A stretch of 63,858 nucleotides of DNA from contig NC_068982.1 in the NCBI RefSeq assembly GCF_001194135.2, positions 132,206,330 through 132,270,187 on the forward strand, given 5' to 3'. Shown here in pieces: positions 39,509 to 52,129 of the stretch. The notes under the pieces were generated by a model. It was not told where the DNA came from, made no database searches, and saw only the letters and a list, made by a program, of their open reading frames with translations. A program made the translations under genes and the position numbers. Numbering within the stretch: the stretch's first letter is position 1; the number at the start of each line of letters is the position of its first letter. Origin of the DNA: Octopus bimaculoides. Taxonomy: Eukaryota.

Positions 39509-40178
39509 NNNNNNNNNNNNNNNNNNNNNNNNNNNNNNNNNNNNNNNNNNNNNNNNNNNNNNNNNNNNNNNNNNNNNNNNNNNNNNNNNNNNNNNNNNNN
39601 NNNNNNNNNNNNNNNNNNNNNNNNNNNNNNNNNNNNNNNNNNNNNNNNNNNNNNNNNNNNNNNNNNNNNNNNNNNNNNNNNNNNNNNNNNNNNNNNNNNN
39701 NNNNNNNNNNNNNNNNNNNNNNNNNNNNNNNNNNNNNNNNNNNNNNNNNNNNNNNNNNNNNNNNNNNNNNNNNNNNNNNNNNNNNNNNNNNNNNNNNNNN
39801 NNNNNNNNNNNNNNNNNNNNNNNNNNNNNNNNNNNNNNNNNNNNNNNNNNNNNNNNNNNNNNNNNNNNNNNNNNNNNNNNNNNNNNNNNNNNNNNNNNNN
39901 NNNNNNNNNNNNNNNNNNNNNNNNNNNNNNNNNNNNNNNNNNNNNNNNNNNNNNNNNNNNNNNNNNNNNNNNNNNNNNNNNNNNNNNNNNNNNNNNNNNN
40001 NNNNNNNNNNNNNNNNNNNNNNNNNNNNNNNNNNNNNNNNNNNNNNNNNNNNNNNNNNNNNNNNNNNNNNNNNNNNNNNNNNNNNNNNNNNNNNNNNNNN
40101 NNNNNNNNNNNNNNNNNNNNNNNNNNNNNNNNNNNNNNNNNNNNNNNNNNNNNNNNNNNNNNNNNNNNNNNNNNNNNN
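39509..40178. other. Assembly gap (N)
   Basis: N run. Confidence 0.99.
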
Positions 40179-40214
40179 CATACATATATACATACATATA
40201 TATATACATACATA

Positions 40215-40445
40215 TTCTCCCATCGTCTTATGCAGCTGAGTAGACCTCGTCTGTAGAAGTCGGTAGGTTGTGTCTGGAGCTAAGACTTTACTTCGGAAGT
40301 AAGTTCATCATCATCCGAAAAGTGTTTCCTCTTCGAAAAAGACTTCATGGTCGAAGTCAGATGGTGCCAGGTCGGGAAAGTAAGGGGAGATGAGGAATGA
40401 TCTCACAGCCAGAGCAGTGTGCTTTAAATCTGGGCAACATATTCA
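40215..40445 (-). mobile_element. Mariner transposase C-terminal remnant
   Basis: HLP/YFPDLAPSDF is the YSPDLAPxD catalytic motif, followed by KHFSDDDELTSEVKS*LQTQPTDFYRRGLLSCIRRWE. Confidence 0.85.
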
Positions 40446-41481
40446 TTGTGAACTAGGGCGTTGTGAACTAGTGGAAAACTACAATTTACAATGTTACATG
40501 TAGAGACATGCATGATTATATCTGTACAAGTTCCATTTACTGCAATAACCGGAAGTGGGCCAGTAGCCTTTGGCTCGGAGTTTGCGTAATGCAGAATTCG
40601 AACTATGGCCTTTTAGTTGATACTATGACAAGCTCTTGACTCGGTCATCGGTATCTGAGTAGAATTAGTATAATGAATATGCAATGTAAATTGTCTATAG
40701 TCGCCAGTCTTTTGACAAATACAAAGTGGACTTTTGAAATTGTGTAGTACATATTGTGTATCAAAGAAACCACACATTTTTAATTCTGATTAACCAACTA
40801 AATGAAACATCGTCATTTATCTGACTTCAGTATGTACAGAGCGCACCAAGACGCCATAGTATCTCATTTCCTATCAATTTATATACTTAAATCCTTGTAA
40901 CTGTTGGTAAATGTTGTGAACTATAACTTTAATTTACACAAAGAGTTCGTCACTCAGCTTCGAATTCCTATCGAAACCACATTCTTTTATATATGTTACT
41001 AATACTTGCAGAAATTCGTGAACGTCACAACTTTTGCTTTCCCTCTAAAGTGTTAATTGGCAAAAAATATGACCATCTCAAGTATAACAATATGTATGTA
41101 TGTATGTATGTACGTATGTATGTATGTATGTATGTATGTCAATATTCAGTTTATTTCAAGATTTCTTGCCAATAGAGAAAGAGTGGGTTTCTAACCTAGA
41201 TCCAAGGTTCCTTCATTAGAATTTCAACATCTGCAGGGTATTTTTGTATGTATGTATGTATACGTGCAGATTTGTATGTTTTGTTTTATGTATGTTTTCT
41301 CATGCATATCTAGACATGCTCATATATACTTAAATGATAAACTTCTGGAAAGTTCTACAGATTTTTACAGTTCTAGTGATAACTTGGATCTGTAGTCTTC
41401 GAATTTATTCATATCTCCAAGAAAAATGTGTTTTGTAATTACGGTTTCTTCTATAACTATAGCTAGAAAGAATCTGTTTAC

Positions 41482-41598
41482 CTGTTGAGGTGTTGTTTTC
41501 GTTCTGTTCCTCGGTTGTGTTGTTGTTGATGTTGTGTCAAGCCGTGTTGTTTGTAGTAACTTTCTGCATGGTAAATTCAAGTTTCTGTCGGAAGTCAT
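41482..41598 (-). CDS. Speculative upstream exon: MTSDRNLNLPCRKLLQTTRLDTTSTTTQPRNRTKTTPQQ
   Basis: ATG-initiated frame ending at CAG|gtaaac (phase 0), compatible in frame with the acceptor at 30171. No homology support. Confidence 0.2.
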
Positions 41599-41837
41599 TA
41601 CGATCGTGAATAAAAGGCTCCCTCAGTTAATTCATCTGAAGGTTAACCAGTAATTTAACAGGGCTGATAGTTGTGACTCCAAATTTGGAGATAGAATTCA
41701 TCATATTTTCGATAAATAGTCTCACGCCAAATACGCCACTTTATATTCATAATGTGTTTCTTATATTGTAATGAAGCACGTGTAACATGGAATTAGAGAT
41801 ACTAAATTCTCCACTCTCCGCTTGAATACTTACATAC

Positions 41838-41839
<2 letters not shown>

Positions 41840-41910
<71 letters not shown>

Positions 41911-41980
41911 TGTGTGTGTGTGTGTGTGTGTGTATGCGTGTGTGCATGTGTGCATGTGTGTATGTGTGTGTGTATGTGTG
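41840..41980. repeat. (GT)n microsatellite
   Basis: Direct reading. Confidence 0.97.
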
Positions 41981-43723
41981 TACGTATTAACCTGTTACTA
42001 AGAAATTAACAAGCCACTTTTATCGGTGTTTAGGTTGTGCCAAGCAATTTTGTTCATATCTGTATATACATACATTATGCCCTCATGAAAGTCACAATAT
42101 CAAAATTCCCTTTAGACATTTTTACTATATAAAAGAAATAATGGTGTATGGGTGAGAAACTCTATATAGGTGGATATATATTCTGAATGAATATTCTTTT
42201 ATTACAATAAAACGAGGTATGTTTTATAGTTTCACCGTTCTACTGATTGACTGAAAGATAGACACGTATCAATATATTGTGAATATATTGATACGTATCT
42301 GCCTTTTCTCTTTCTTTTAGAAATCCTATAATTTCTAGATCACCATGAAAACATTTGTTAGAGAATGTGGAAATTTAAAATCAAGATTCAAAACTTTTAC
42401 TAAAAGCCGAAAACAATTCACCAATATCTAATGGGTAATTTACAACATGAAGTTTGAGTACTTTCGACATAATTTCATTGTTCAAAGTCTGTTTTACCGT
42501 TATATTTCAACTAAGACTATATTCCATGATTATGCCTCCATTTTTGTTTTGAGACAATTCTTTTGGCATATTACAGTGCACATCGCTTTTGGTGTATGAG
42601 TGGAGATAATTTGGACAATTGCCTATAGTACTGATCATATCTTCTGCACGAACGCAGCAAAACCGCCATTTTGATCTCCTTGTGTCCTGTTTTTTTTTTC
42701 TCTATTGCGTATTACACTTTAGTTTATAGGTATCCCTATAAATTTTCTTTACGCTTTAGTACACATGTTCCTTTACACGCTCAATCCATTATTCAGTCCT
42801 TTAATCACTGGCATTCAAATTGCTTTTCGTTGTACGCTAATTTTTAAAAACATTAAGAAGGAATTGTTTTAAATAAAATATGACGCCGTGCATTCGTAAA
42901 ATACATGAAATAGCTTCCTACCACCCACCTAAAATGGCGGATTATCAGTTAATTGGTATCACTATTCATGTTCAGTACCATTACTTTGAACTGTAATGTG
43001 CTATTTGCCACCTTCACATTATTTCATTCCTACTTCTCATTCCCAAACCTTTTTTCTCTCCCACCCGCGCTCTTTCTCTTCCTTTCTTTCATCTCCTCCT
43101 CGACACCATTTGAAATTCTTCATAAAGCTACATTTATCGGAAATTGTCTTCCTGTTTCTGTAATTTTCGAATTAAATCTTCGTTAGTCCCAACGTTAAAT
43201 TAAACGACCAACAAACAACACCAAACCAAGCCAATCTATGTATACAACAAATAGTCACAATCGATAGAAGAGTATTTAACACAACCTAGCTAATAAAAAG
43301 CCGATACATTTTATGTCACTTACTGCAACATAGGAAAAGTACAATGGTTTTGTTCTTCGTTGCTTACTTCTATCGGTAGCCATGGAGTGTTAGACTTGTG
43401 AGAAACAAGAATTAAGTATTGTGACATCCATACTGTTGCAGCGGTACTGGGGAAATATAAACGAAGTCACTAGCGGCAATTAGAAATAAAAGCTGCGATG
43501 CTGATATGAACTCAGCTCACCGGAAATTCACTCTATTACATTCTCCGTTCTTTTCCAACTATGATAAATAAAAGCGAAACGTGATCAGAAGTTGAATGAC
43601 ATTATTATAGGAAAATGGTCAAATAAATTTCTAGAATGTTAGAGATAACTTTGTCGTCTAAAATCTTACCTTATAGTCGATTTATGAAAAGCATTCAGTT
43701 TTATTACTTTATTATATAAGACA

Positions 43724-44110
43724 AGTGGAGGCGCAATGGCCCAGTGGTTTGGTCAGCGGACTCGCGGTCATAGGATCGCGGTTTCGATTCCCAGACCGGG
43801 CATTGTGAGTGTTTATTGAGCGAAAACACCTAAAAGCTCCACGAGGCTCCGGCCGAGGAAGGTGGCGAACCCTGCTGTACTCTTTCACCACAACTTTCTC
43901 TCACTCTTACTTCCTGTTTCTGTTGTGCCTGTAATTCAAAGGGTCAGCCTTGTCACACTGTGTCACGCTGAATATCCCCGAGAACTACGTTAAGGGTACA
44001 CGTGTCTGTAGAGTGCTCAGCCACTTGCGCGTTAATTTCACGAGCAGGCTGTTCCGTTGATCGGATCAACTGGAACCCTCGACGTCGTAAGCGACGGAGT
44101 GCCAACAACA
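43724..44110 (+). mobile_element. Full-length tRNA-derived SINE (family C) with exact 11-bp TSD
   Basis: Head with A box (TGGCCCAGTGG) and B-box-like GTTTCGATTCC, and a ccaacaaca tail. TSD tatataagaca at 43713-43723 and 44111-44121. Confidence 0.92.
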
Positions 44111-44708
44111 TATATAAGACAGAGAAACGGCTACATTTTCCTTGACTGCGATCTGGAAATTATTTATTGCACTAATAGTCTAATTGGGTTGGAGGCCAAA
44201 GTTCCCCTTAACAGAGTAGCGGAGAGGGTTTACTCGTACGCTCTACATTTTCTGCATCCTCACAGATCACAAGATTTCTTTTATTAAATCTATTTTCATA
44301 TATATATTAGACACTCTGCCTTTTATTGAATAACCGCAGCTTCGTCCCGAGAGAGCCTTTGTGGAAGATGTTAGGTTGGTTAATGTGCCACCTGTAGGGT
44401 GTTCTCGATTCCGTGTCATACAAGAGAGCAGTAAGAATGGCAGATTTATAAACTTGTACTTCCACATTGTCCTTATACTTTCACAAATGATTGTTTCATA
44501 AATATATGTATGTATTTAAACTTACTAGTAACGTCACTGAAAAGATTATAACAGCGTTTTCTTGCAAATCTATACATATAAATTTAACATGGGCGGTTCT
44601 TTCTTGTCTTGGGATTCACAGTCAAACGGCTGGGTGGAATTGCACGAAAAATTACACAGATGTGTAGAATGATCCGGTGGTGATGCTGGGCTTTGTATTT
44701 TTTCCTAA

Positions 44709-44926
44709 CTCCCAAGGTTACCGAGATAATCTATTATAATAATACTCTTGTATTTATGAATGAGAAAGGAAGGGGTGATAGATGAATAAGGAAGGAAGGG
44801 GGGGATGTCATATTTTTTCATAGCTCCCATGGTTACCGAGATAATCTACTATAATAATACTCTTGTGTTTATGAATGAGAAAGGAAGAGGTGATAGATGA
44901 ATGAGGAAGGAAGGGGTGATGTCATA
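44709..44926. repeat. Tandem duplication, period about 115 bp, two copies
   Basis: ctccca(a/t)ggttaccgagataatcta(t/c)tataataatactcttg... repeated at about 44709 and 44824 with a few substitutions. Confidence 0.9.
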
Positions 44927-45789
44927 CTTGGTAGTGGGATGATGAAAATTGTACGCTGAAAAAATAATTCAAACAGCGTTTCAACTCTGTGTGAGTACAT
45001 GTGTGTGTATGTAAAAGGAGGTATATTAATGTGTGTGCGTGTGCATGTGTGTGTGTATGTGTGTTTGTGCGTGTGCGCCCGCAATGGAAGTGGGATGGTT
45101 CATCTTTGTTCGCTTAGTATTGGTTTATTTTTTGATTTGGTTGAATCTTGGTTGGGTTTTTTTTATCAGTTATTTTTAGCGTTTTGACAAAAAAGTCATT
45201 CTAAAATTGTTTTTAACGTAAGCGTACCCAAACAAGTCGAATGCTTACACAGAGCAGCTTTTACAGCCACATCATCCAAATCGACCGGATGAAACCGGAC
45301 TTAGCTGCTAGTAAAATTATAATACCATGTCATGATCATTAGCGCTTTCAAATTATCATAATCATTACATAATACTTACTTGTCATTTAAATTAATCACC
45401 TCATTTTAAATACATTTTTGAGACAATAAAAATATTAATGTCACTTTTATAATATTCAAAGTGATACAAATAATTTTATTGACTCAAAAATATACTTAAA
45501 ATAGGGTGATTCATTTTAATGAGAAGTTAGTATTGCTGTTTGCCTGTATTGTGTAAAGGTTATGATAATTGGAATGCGTCGATGATGATGAAATAGTATT
45601 GTCATGTCAGAAAATATTATTATAACATTTTAGGTAGAAAAATGTTATTATAATCTTTTCGGTATCATAAATGGTGAGTTTGAATATATGCACATTAGTA
45701 TGAAATAAAGATTGGTAAAAGTATAACTGTGTGGGAGTAAAAACGTTGATTTAACCTAACAATGTAAAAAGAATCGTCAATAGTTTGTA

Positions 45790-45836
<47 letters not shown>

Positions 45837-46230
45837 ATGTACATAAGTAGGTATGTATATATGGTTGGCAGATAAAAGAAGAAGAAAAGTGACAGTATAT
45901 GTGTGTGCGTGCGTGCATGCGTGGGTGTGTGCGTGTGTGTATGTGTGTATATGTGTGTGTAGACACCGAGTGAATGTATATATTATGTGTGTGTAAATGG
46001 GTAAAGGCGAATAAATCTTTTATTGTATGATACATATATACATACATACACACACATACATACATATATATATATATATTATACATCCATATATACATAT
46101 ACACATGTATACACACTCAGGCATACACATATGTACACATACACACACATGTATATATGTCCTCTATACATATGTGCATACATATGCGTATATATGCGTG
46201 TGCGTATATATATATATATATATATATATA
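45790..46230. repeat. Degenerate (AT)/(GT)/(CA) low-complexity tract
   Basis: Direct reading. It produces the YI/TH-rich spurious ORFs. Confidence 0.9.
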
Positions 46231-46639
46231 TACTCTTTTATTCTTTTACATGTTTCAGTCATTTGACTGCGGCCATGCTGGATCACTGCCTTAAAGGGTG
46301 TTAGTCGAAGAAATTGATTCCAGGACTTATTCTTTGTAAGCCTAGTACTTATTCTATAGGTCTCTTCTGCCGAACTGCTTGGTTACGGGTACATAAACAC
46401 ACCAGCATCGGTTGCCAAGCGATGGGGGCGGGGGAACAAACATCCCCACACACACACACAAATATATACATATATATTTATACGACGGGCTTCTTCCAGT
46501 TTCCGTTACCAAATCCACTCACAAGGCTTTGATCGGTTCGAGGTTATAGGAGAAGACGCCCAACATGCCATGCAGTGGGACTGAACCCGGAACCATGTGG
46601 CTGGAAAGCAAGCTTCTTACCACACAGCCACGCCTGCGC
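46231..46639 (-). mobile_element. tRNA-derived SINE family B (possibly CORE-type), near full length
   Basis: The minus-strand head GCGCAGGCGTGGCTGTGTGGTAAGAAGC...GGTTCAGTCCC has A/B-like boxes. There is an internal microsatellite and a gactgaaacatgtaaaagaataaaagagta tail. Confidence 0.85.
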
Positions 46640-47304
46640 TATACTATATATATGAAGATATATATATAGATAGTTAAAGATAGATATGGCCGGTCTACAT
46701 GGTTACCCTGGATTTTACGTCCATAAAGCGCTTAGCTTTACGGCGTTTCTTCAGAACCTATGCCTGTAGCCTCTCTAGAAAATGGAGGAGGAAAATACTT
46801 CGTTACTCTGTCAACAACAGGGGGTTTGTCTCCCTTTGATCGCTACTCGTATTTGACCTTATTATCGTGTGGATCCCAGGACGCCAAGAGGTATATATAA
46901 AAACATATAAATATGTACACGCATACACATATATAATGCATATGCATGTACACACACATATATATGCACATATATATATGTGTATCCAAACACACACACA
47001 CAGGCAGACAGACATGCGTATAGATATGTAGACACAAAAACAAATCCGTTGTACGCAACACTGACCACTGGCGCCAGTCCTAAATCTTTTTACAACAACA
47101 ACAATCCCTGAGAATCATCCGGCAATTAGACAAATACTTTATGACCTTCCAAATCCTTTGCTCGGATACTTCATACGCCAACCACTGGCATTCTTCTTCT
47201 TCTTCTTCTTTCACCGCCACCACTAATATCTCCACACCGTCCCTTCAGTTGACTGAGTACATATCCCTTCACCAACCCTATTGTTTAAAATATTCAGTAT
47301 TAAG

Positions 47305-47765
47305 GTTAACGTGGTGGTGAACTGGCAGAATCGTTGGCACGCCGAGCTAAATACTTAGCGGTATTTCGTCCGTCTTCAAGTTCTTAGTTCAAATTTCGCT
47401 TATGTCGACTTTGCCTTTCATATTCTCGGTATCGATAAGATAAGTGGCAATCAGGCACTGGGGTCGATATAATCGACTTATCCCTTCTCTTGAAATTGCT
47501 GGCCTTCTGCCAAAATTCGAAGTCAATATTAAGATTAACTGGAGTGTGGGGGCAGTTTGCAGAATCGTTAACACGCTGGGCAAAATGCTTAGCAGCATTT
47601 CGTCCGTCTTTATGTTCTGAGTTCAAATTCCGCTGAAGTCGACTTTAGTTTTTATCCTTCGTGGTCGATAAAATAATTAGCAGTTGAGCTTTGCGATTGA
47701 TGTAATTGATTTGCCTCCTCCATCGAAATTGCTGGATTTGTGCGAAAATTTGAAACCAATATTAA
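47305..47765 (+). mobile_element. Tandem pair of SINE family A copies
   Basis: Two head-core-tail units at about 47311-47530 and 47541-47763. Confidence 0.85.
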
Positions 47766-47986
47766 GACTAATCCTTTTACTTTGTACTAAATCCGTCCAT
47801 TTATCAAAATATCCATGCATGTAAGCAGTAGAACTTGAGCATAATTGGCAACCTGACGAGGTTGACCATTGGTGAAACAATGAAGTCACTTTCAATGAAG
47901 TCATTACAAATTTCTTAGTTTTCCTTACAATGAATCCTTTTTCGCAATTAATACTCATAATTTTTATGTTTATATTTATATACACC

Positions 47987-48206
47987 TAGGGCAGCAAGCT
48001 GGCAGAATCGTTAGCACGCCGGGCGAAATGTTTAGCGGTATTCCGTCTGCCGTCACGTTCTGAGTTCAAATTCCTCAGAGGTCGACTCTGCCTTTCATCC
48101 TTTCGGGGTCGATGAAATATGTACCAGTTACGCAATGGAGTCGATGTAATCGACTTAATACTTTTATCTGGTCTTGCCCCCCCCCCCCCGTGGGCAATAA
48201 AGAAAT
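47987..48206 (+). mobile_element. SINE family A copy with the gtgggcaataaagaaata tail
   Basis: Same tail type as the 3891-4111 copy. Confidence 0.85.
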
Positions 48207-48936
48207 ATATATTTATACACACAAACCACACACATACACAAGTTTGTACGGATGTATGAATGAATGGATTAATGAATGAAAATAACTAGCCTCATTGTTG
48301 AGAACTGCGGACATCATACACAACCACCTCTCCAGGGCATATACTGTGGTTTGTGCAAAAATCATACACTCTGTCAGCCTGCCTCCCCCGTCAATTCCTA
48401 TTTCTCATTGATCCATATTCATCTTTGTCAACCGCGGACCCATTTTCGGTCTAGCTGGTCACCAAGGAAACAGGAATAGAGGTTCTGAAAGGTTCACTTT
48501 TCATCGCCTGACCATCATCTCTAACTTCCGTTCTGATTCATCTCTTTCGGAACTGAATCGTTCGTTTTACGGGCTACCCAACCGATGCACGATTGATAAA
48601 GGCGACTCATTTGTCGGGAGAGAGTGAATCAACCTAACAGCATGACCGGTAGTTATTCTTGGCTTACTCAAAGAGATGAAAATCCAAGTTAATCATGACG
48701 GGAATTCAGTTCAAAATATAATGACTAAATATATCAAACCATTTTAGTCTGGCTCTCTTCCGATTTAGACAGTCTTCGGCGGCTGATTGTCAATTCTCTA
48801 CCAATGTTACCATTCCAATGTCTTTACTAGGGATGATTTCTAACTTTGACAGAAAGAAAGAAATTTTAGGTGATATCTATAATCGGTTCGCTCTCTCCCT
48901 AGAACCTAGTACATATTTATTCGACCCTGAAAAAAT

Positions 48937-49052
48937 AAGCGGTGAGCTGACAGAATCGTTAACACGCCAGGCAAAATGCTTAGCGGCATTTCGTCCGTCT
49001 TTACGTTCTGATTTCATATTCCCCCGAGGTTGACTTTCCTTTCGTCTTTTCA
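48937..49052 (+). mobile_element. SINE family A, 3'-truncated
   Basis: Head gcggtgagctgacagaatcgttaacacgcc and the start of the core. Confidence 0.8.
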
Positions 49053-49074
49053 GCACTCATGACTTCCGGAAACC

Positions 49075-49290
49075 TATTTTTTCACGCTCAGAATTGCTGA
49101 AGCATGGAATAAACTATCTGCATCAGTTGTAAGCTGTCGAGACATTACATCCTTCAAAACTTCCATGCTTCCAGAAATCGGCCGACAGTACACCTGATGG
49201 CCTTTTTATTTTATTTTATTTTATTTTTTTAGTTGTAGTGCACTTGAGCACTGTATACGACAATTTCCTTCATTATTTCATTATTTCATA
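49075..49290 (+). mobile_element. CR1 LINE 3' end remnant
   Basis: With one frameshift it reads FFTLRIAEAWNKLSASVVSCRDITSFKTSM, the CR1 ORF2 C-terminal FFxxRVxxxWNxLPxxVV motif. It is followed by a short UTR and a repeated catt/atttcatt tail. Confidence 0.75.
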
Positions 49291-49849
49291 AATTAAATAC
49301 CTGTGAAATACTGGGTCAATCTAATCGATTACTCTCCTCCCCAAAACGTTTAGGCTTTGTGCTTTTAGTAGAAAGGAATATTTGAACTCTAAAGGTAGAT
49401 AGAAATAACTTAAATCGTTGTATCTGTCGGTTTGTTAGTTCCACTGCTCACCAACCCAGACAATAGCAAATGCGGTATTAATGACTGAAGATAAATATTT
49501 AATCAGAAAATGTCCGATTAGACGACAGCACATGACACGATAATAAACAGAAATCTATAAACAAAACGTGCTTTAAAACGCTATAAGAACCAATGATATA
49601 AGGAAAGCATATTGCAAATGATGATGTTAAGATGTTTAGAAGCAGATGCAAGTGCTTTGATGTGAAGACCCAATAATATTATAACCAGATTTAAGTAAGT
49701 ACCAGTCCAAGAGCATTAGCAAATACATAAATCATGAGCTGAGAAGATTAACCACTAAAATCGGCTAACGCATCATGTGCATACTTTATATACGTATCAT
49801 TAGTGTATATATATAATTGCTCGTTGTGAACATATATATATATATATAT

Positions 49850-50641
49850 NNNNNNNNNNNNNNNNNNNNNNNNNNNNNNNNNNNNNNNNNNNNNNNNNNN
49901 NNNNNNNNNNNNNNNNNNNNNNNNNNNNNNNNNNNNNNNNNNNNNNNNNNNNNNNNNNNNNNNNNNNNNNNNNNNNNNNNNNNNNNNNNNNNNNNNNNNN
50001 NNNNNNNNNNNNNNNNNNNNNNNNNNNNNNNNNNNNNNNNNNNNNNNNNNNNNNNNNNNNNNNNNNNNNNNNNNNNNNNNNNNNNNNNNNNNNNNNNNNN
50101 NNNNNNNNNNNNNNNNNNNNNNNNNNNNNNNNNNNNNNNNNNNNNNNNNNNNNNNNNNNNNNNNNNNNNNNNNNNNNNNNNNNNNNNNNNNNNNNNNNNN
50201 NNNNNNNNNNNNNNNNNNNNNNNNNNNNNNNNNNNNNNNNNNNNNNNNNNNNNNNNNNNNNNNNNNNNNNNNNNNNNNNNNNNNNNNNNNNNNNNNNNNN
50301 NNNNNNNNNNNNNNNNNNNNNNNNNNNNNNNNNNNNNNNNNNNNNNNNNNNNNNNNNNNNNNNNNNNNNNNNNNNNNNNNNNNNNNNNNNNNNNNNNNNN
50401 NNNNNNNNNNNNNNNNNNNNNNNNNNNNNNNNNNNNNNNNNNNNNNNNNNNNNNNNNNNNNNNNNNNNNNNNNNNNNNNNNNNNNNNNNNNNNNNNNNNN
50501 NNNNNNNNNNNNNNNNNNNNNNNNNNNNNNNNNNNNNNNNNNNNNNNNNNNNNNNNNNNNNNNNNNNNNNNNNNNNNNNNNNNNNNNNNNNNNNNNNNNN
50601 NNNNNNNNNNNNNNNNNNNNNNNNNNNNNNNNNNNNNNNNN
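49850..50641. other. Assembly gap (N)
   Basis: N run between (AT)n and (GT)n. Confidence 0.99.
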
Positions 50642-50711
<70 letters not shown>

Positions 50712-50909
50712 TATAGATGGACATGTGTGTATAGATAAATGTATATATATAAGTGTGTGTGAAATATGTATTTACATACAAATATGCATTTGATATGTGT
50801 TATTCTTTATAAATTTTAGTCAGGCTGGAAATAAATAACGATGACCCTTGAGGTTTTCTGGAAGGGAATTTTCTTCAAATTCGATACGTGACTTAAATCC
50901 TTGAAACAG

Positions 50910-51108
50910 GTTGAACTTTGGTTTCGAAGATGAGAGCGTTAAAATGCACGGTAGATTAAGTCTACCATCGAAGTACGCCCGACAGAATTTGAACGCAGAA
51001 CGCAAAGAGCTGGAGCAAATACAGCAAAGACACCACCGTAGCGACGTAGCTAGATGGTTGAATGATCTCCCTTGCAAGAAAAGTCAGAGAGTAACGTCCC
51101 TTCCCTAA
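50910..51108 (+). CDS. Orphan exon candidate of an unidentified gene: (R)LNFGFEDESVKMHGRLSLPSKYARQNLNAERKELEQIQQRHHRSDVARWLNDLPCKKSQRVTSLP*
   Basis: Non-repetitive, visibly more GC-rich than its flanks, open for 65 codons. An in-frame TGA at 50902-50904 forces the acceptor ttgaaacag|G at 50909. Either a terminal exon (TAA 51106-51108) or an internal exon using donor AGA|gtaacg at 51091. Confidence 0.45.
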
Positions 51109-52129
51109 GTTTCTCGAAGCATCTGTGTCACGATACGTGATTCTTAATTATTCAAGAAACTTAGCGTTTCTCTTGGAAGTTTCTAGAATGTCTAGTGTTC
51201 CATTAATAATAACAGCTTGCTAACCCATCTTTTTGCTTCTTAGTCAATTAGACCAAGAGCCATCGACGTCGTTGCCGTCTATTTCTCTGCGGCATCACTT
51301 AACTGAACTTTCTTGCACAGATTACTTCATTGAACTAGCTTCTGCAATTTGATTCCATGTATTATCATTGATAAAAGGAAATAAAATATTTTTTATGTAG
51401 TAAATACATAGATCTTGAATTTATTCTTTCATTTCTCTATGAATTCTTGTAATAACATGCACACAACCACATCAACTTGTACTGACTATATATTCCATTA
51501 CACCATTGTTACTATTCCACCAATTCATTGCTCTAGATGAGTAAATTTGTATTATGAGCTTCGAATGTCTTTTCGCCACTGTTGTGTCTCGTTGACACAG
51601 TTATGTCCTTCTTTGCACACTCTGTATATGCCACTTTATAACGTGAACTTATAACAAGGTTATAAGAATACAAATATAAATCAGAAACAACACCTAACAA
51701 ACGATATCTCTTCTTACGACTTCTACAACAAAAATATTCATGTAGAAGCCCATTGTAGCATTTCTGAGACAAACAGTCACCCACAGCTTGAAGCCTGGAT
51801 ATTAATGCGATGTCAAGAACTACATCCGGTAAAGTTTTAATGAAATGCATTTGTTTCAAAACAAAAGTTTTCATCTATGACTCAAAAAGATGGGTCACTG
51901 GACCCATGCACACATGGATCATACCCCTGTTAGTTTTATCAGATTGCGCTTGTCAAAATGGATTCCTTTCCAATGAGGTCAGATGTTTAAAATACTCTCA
52001 CAGAAAAGCACAATTACATACAGAACACTCACATTTTCTGCATGCTTGCTTATTAACAATTATCTTTCTGGAGCCTTATATATATATATATCTATATATA
52101 TTTCAAGTAATGTTTTCTTTCACAAGCAT

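Noticed and set aside
39415-40243. Long 246-265 aa ORFs, and those at 49786-50781
   Set aside because: They are artefacts of N-filled assembly gaps.
42931-42940. AAAATGGCGG YY1-like promoter motif
   Set aside because: A single short motif without CpG-island context or an identifiable first exon.
48300-48480. Possible LINE endonuclease fragment on the minus strand (RNRN...VYDFCTNH)
   Set aside because: The match is too short and degraded to support a call.
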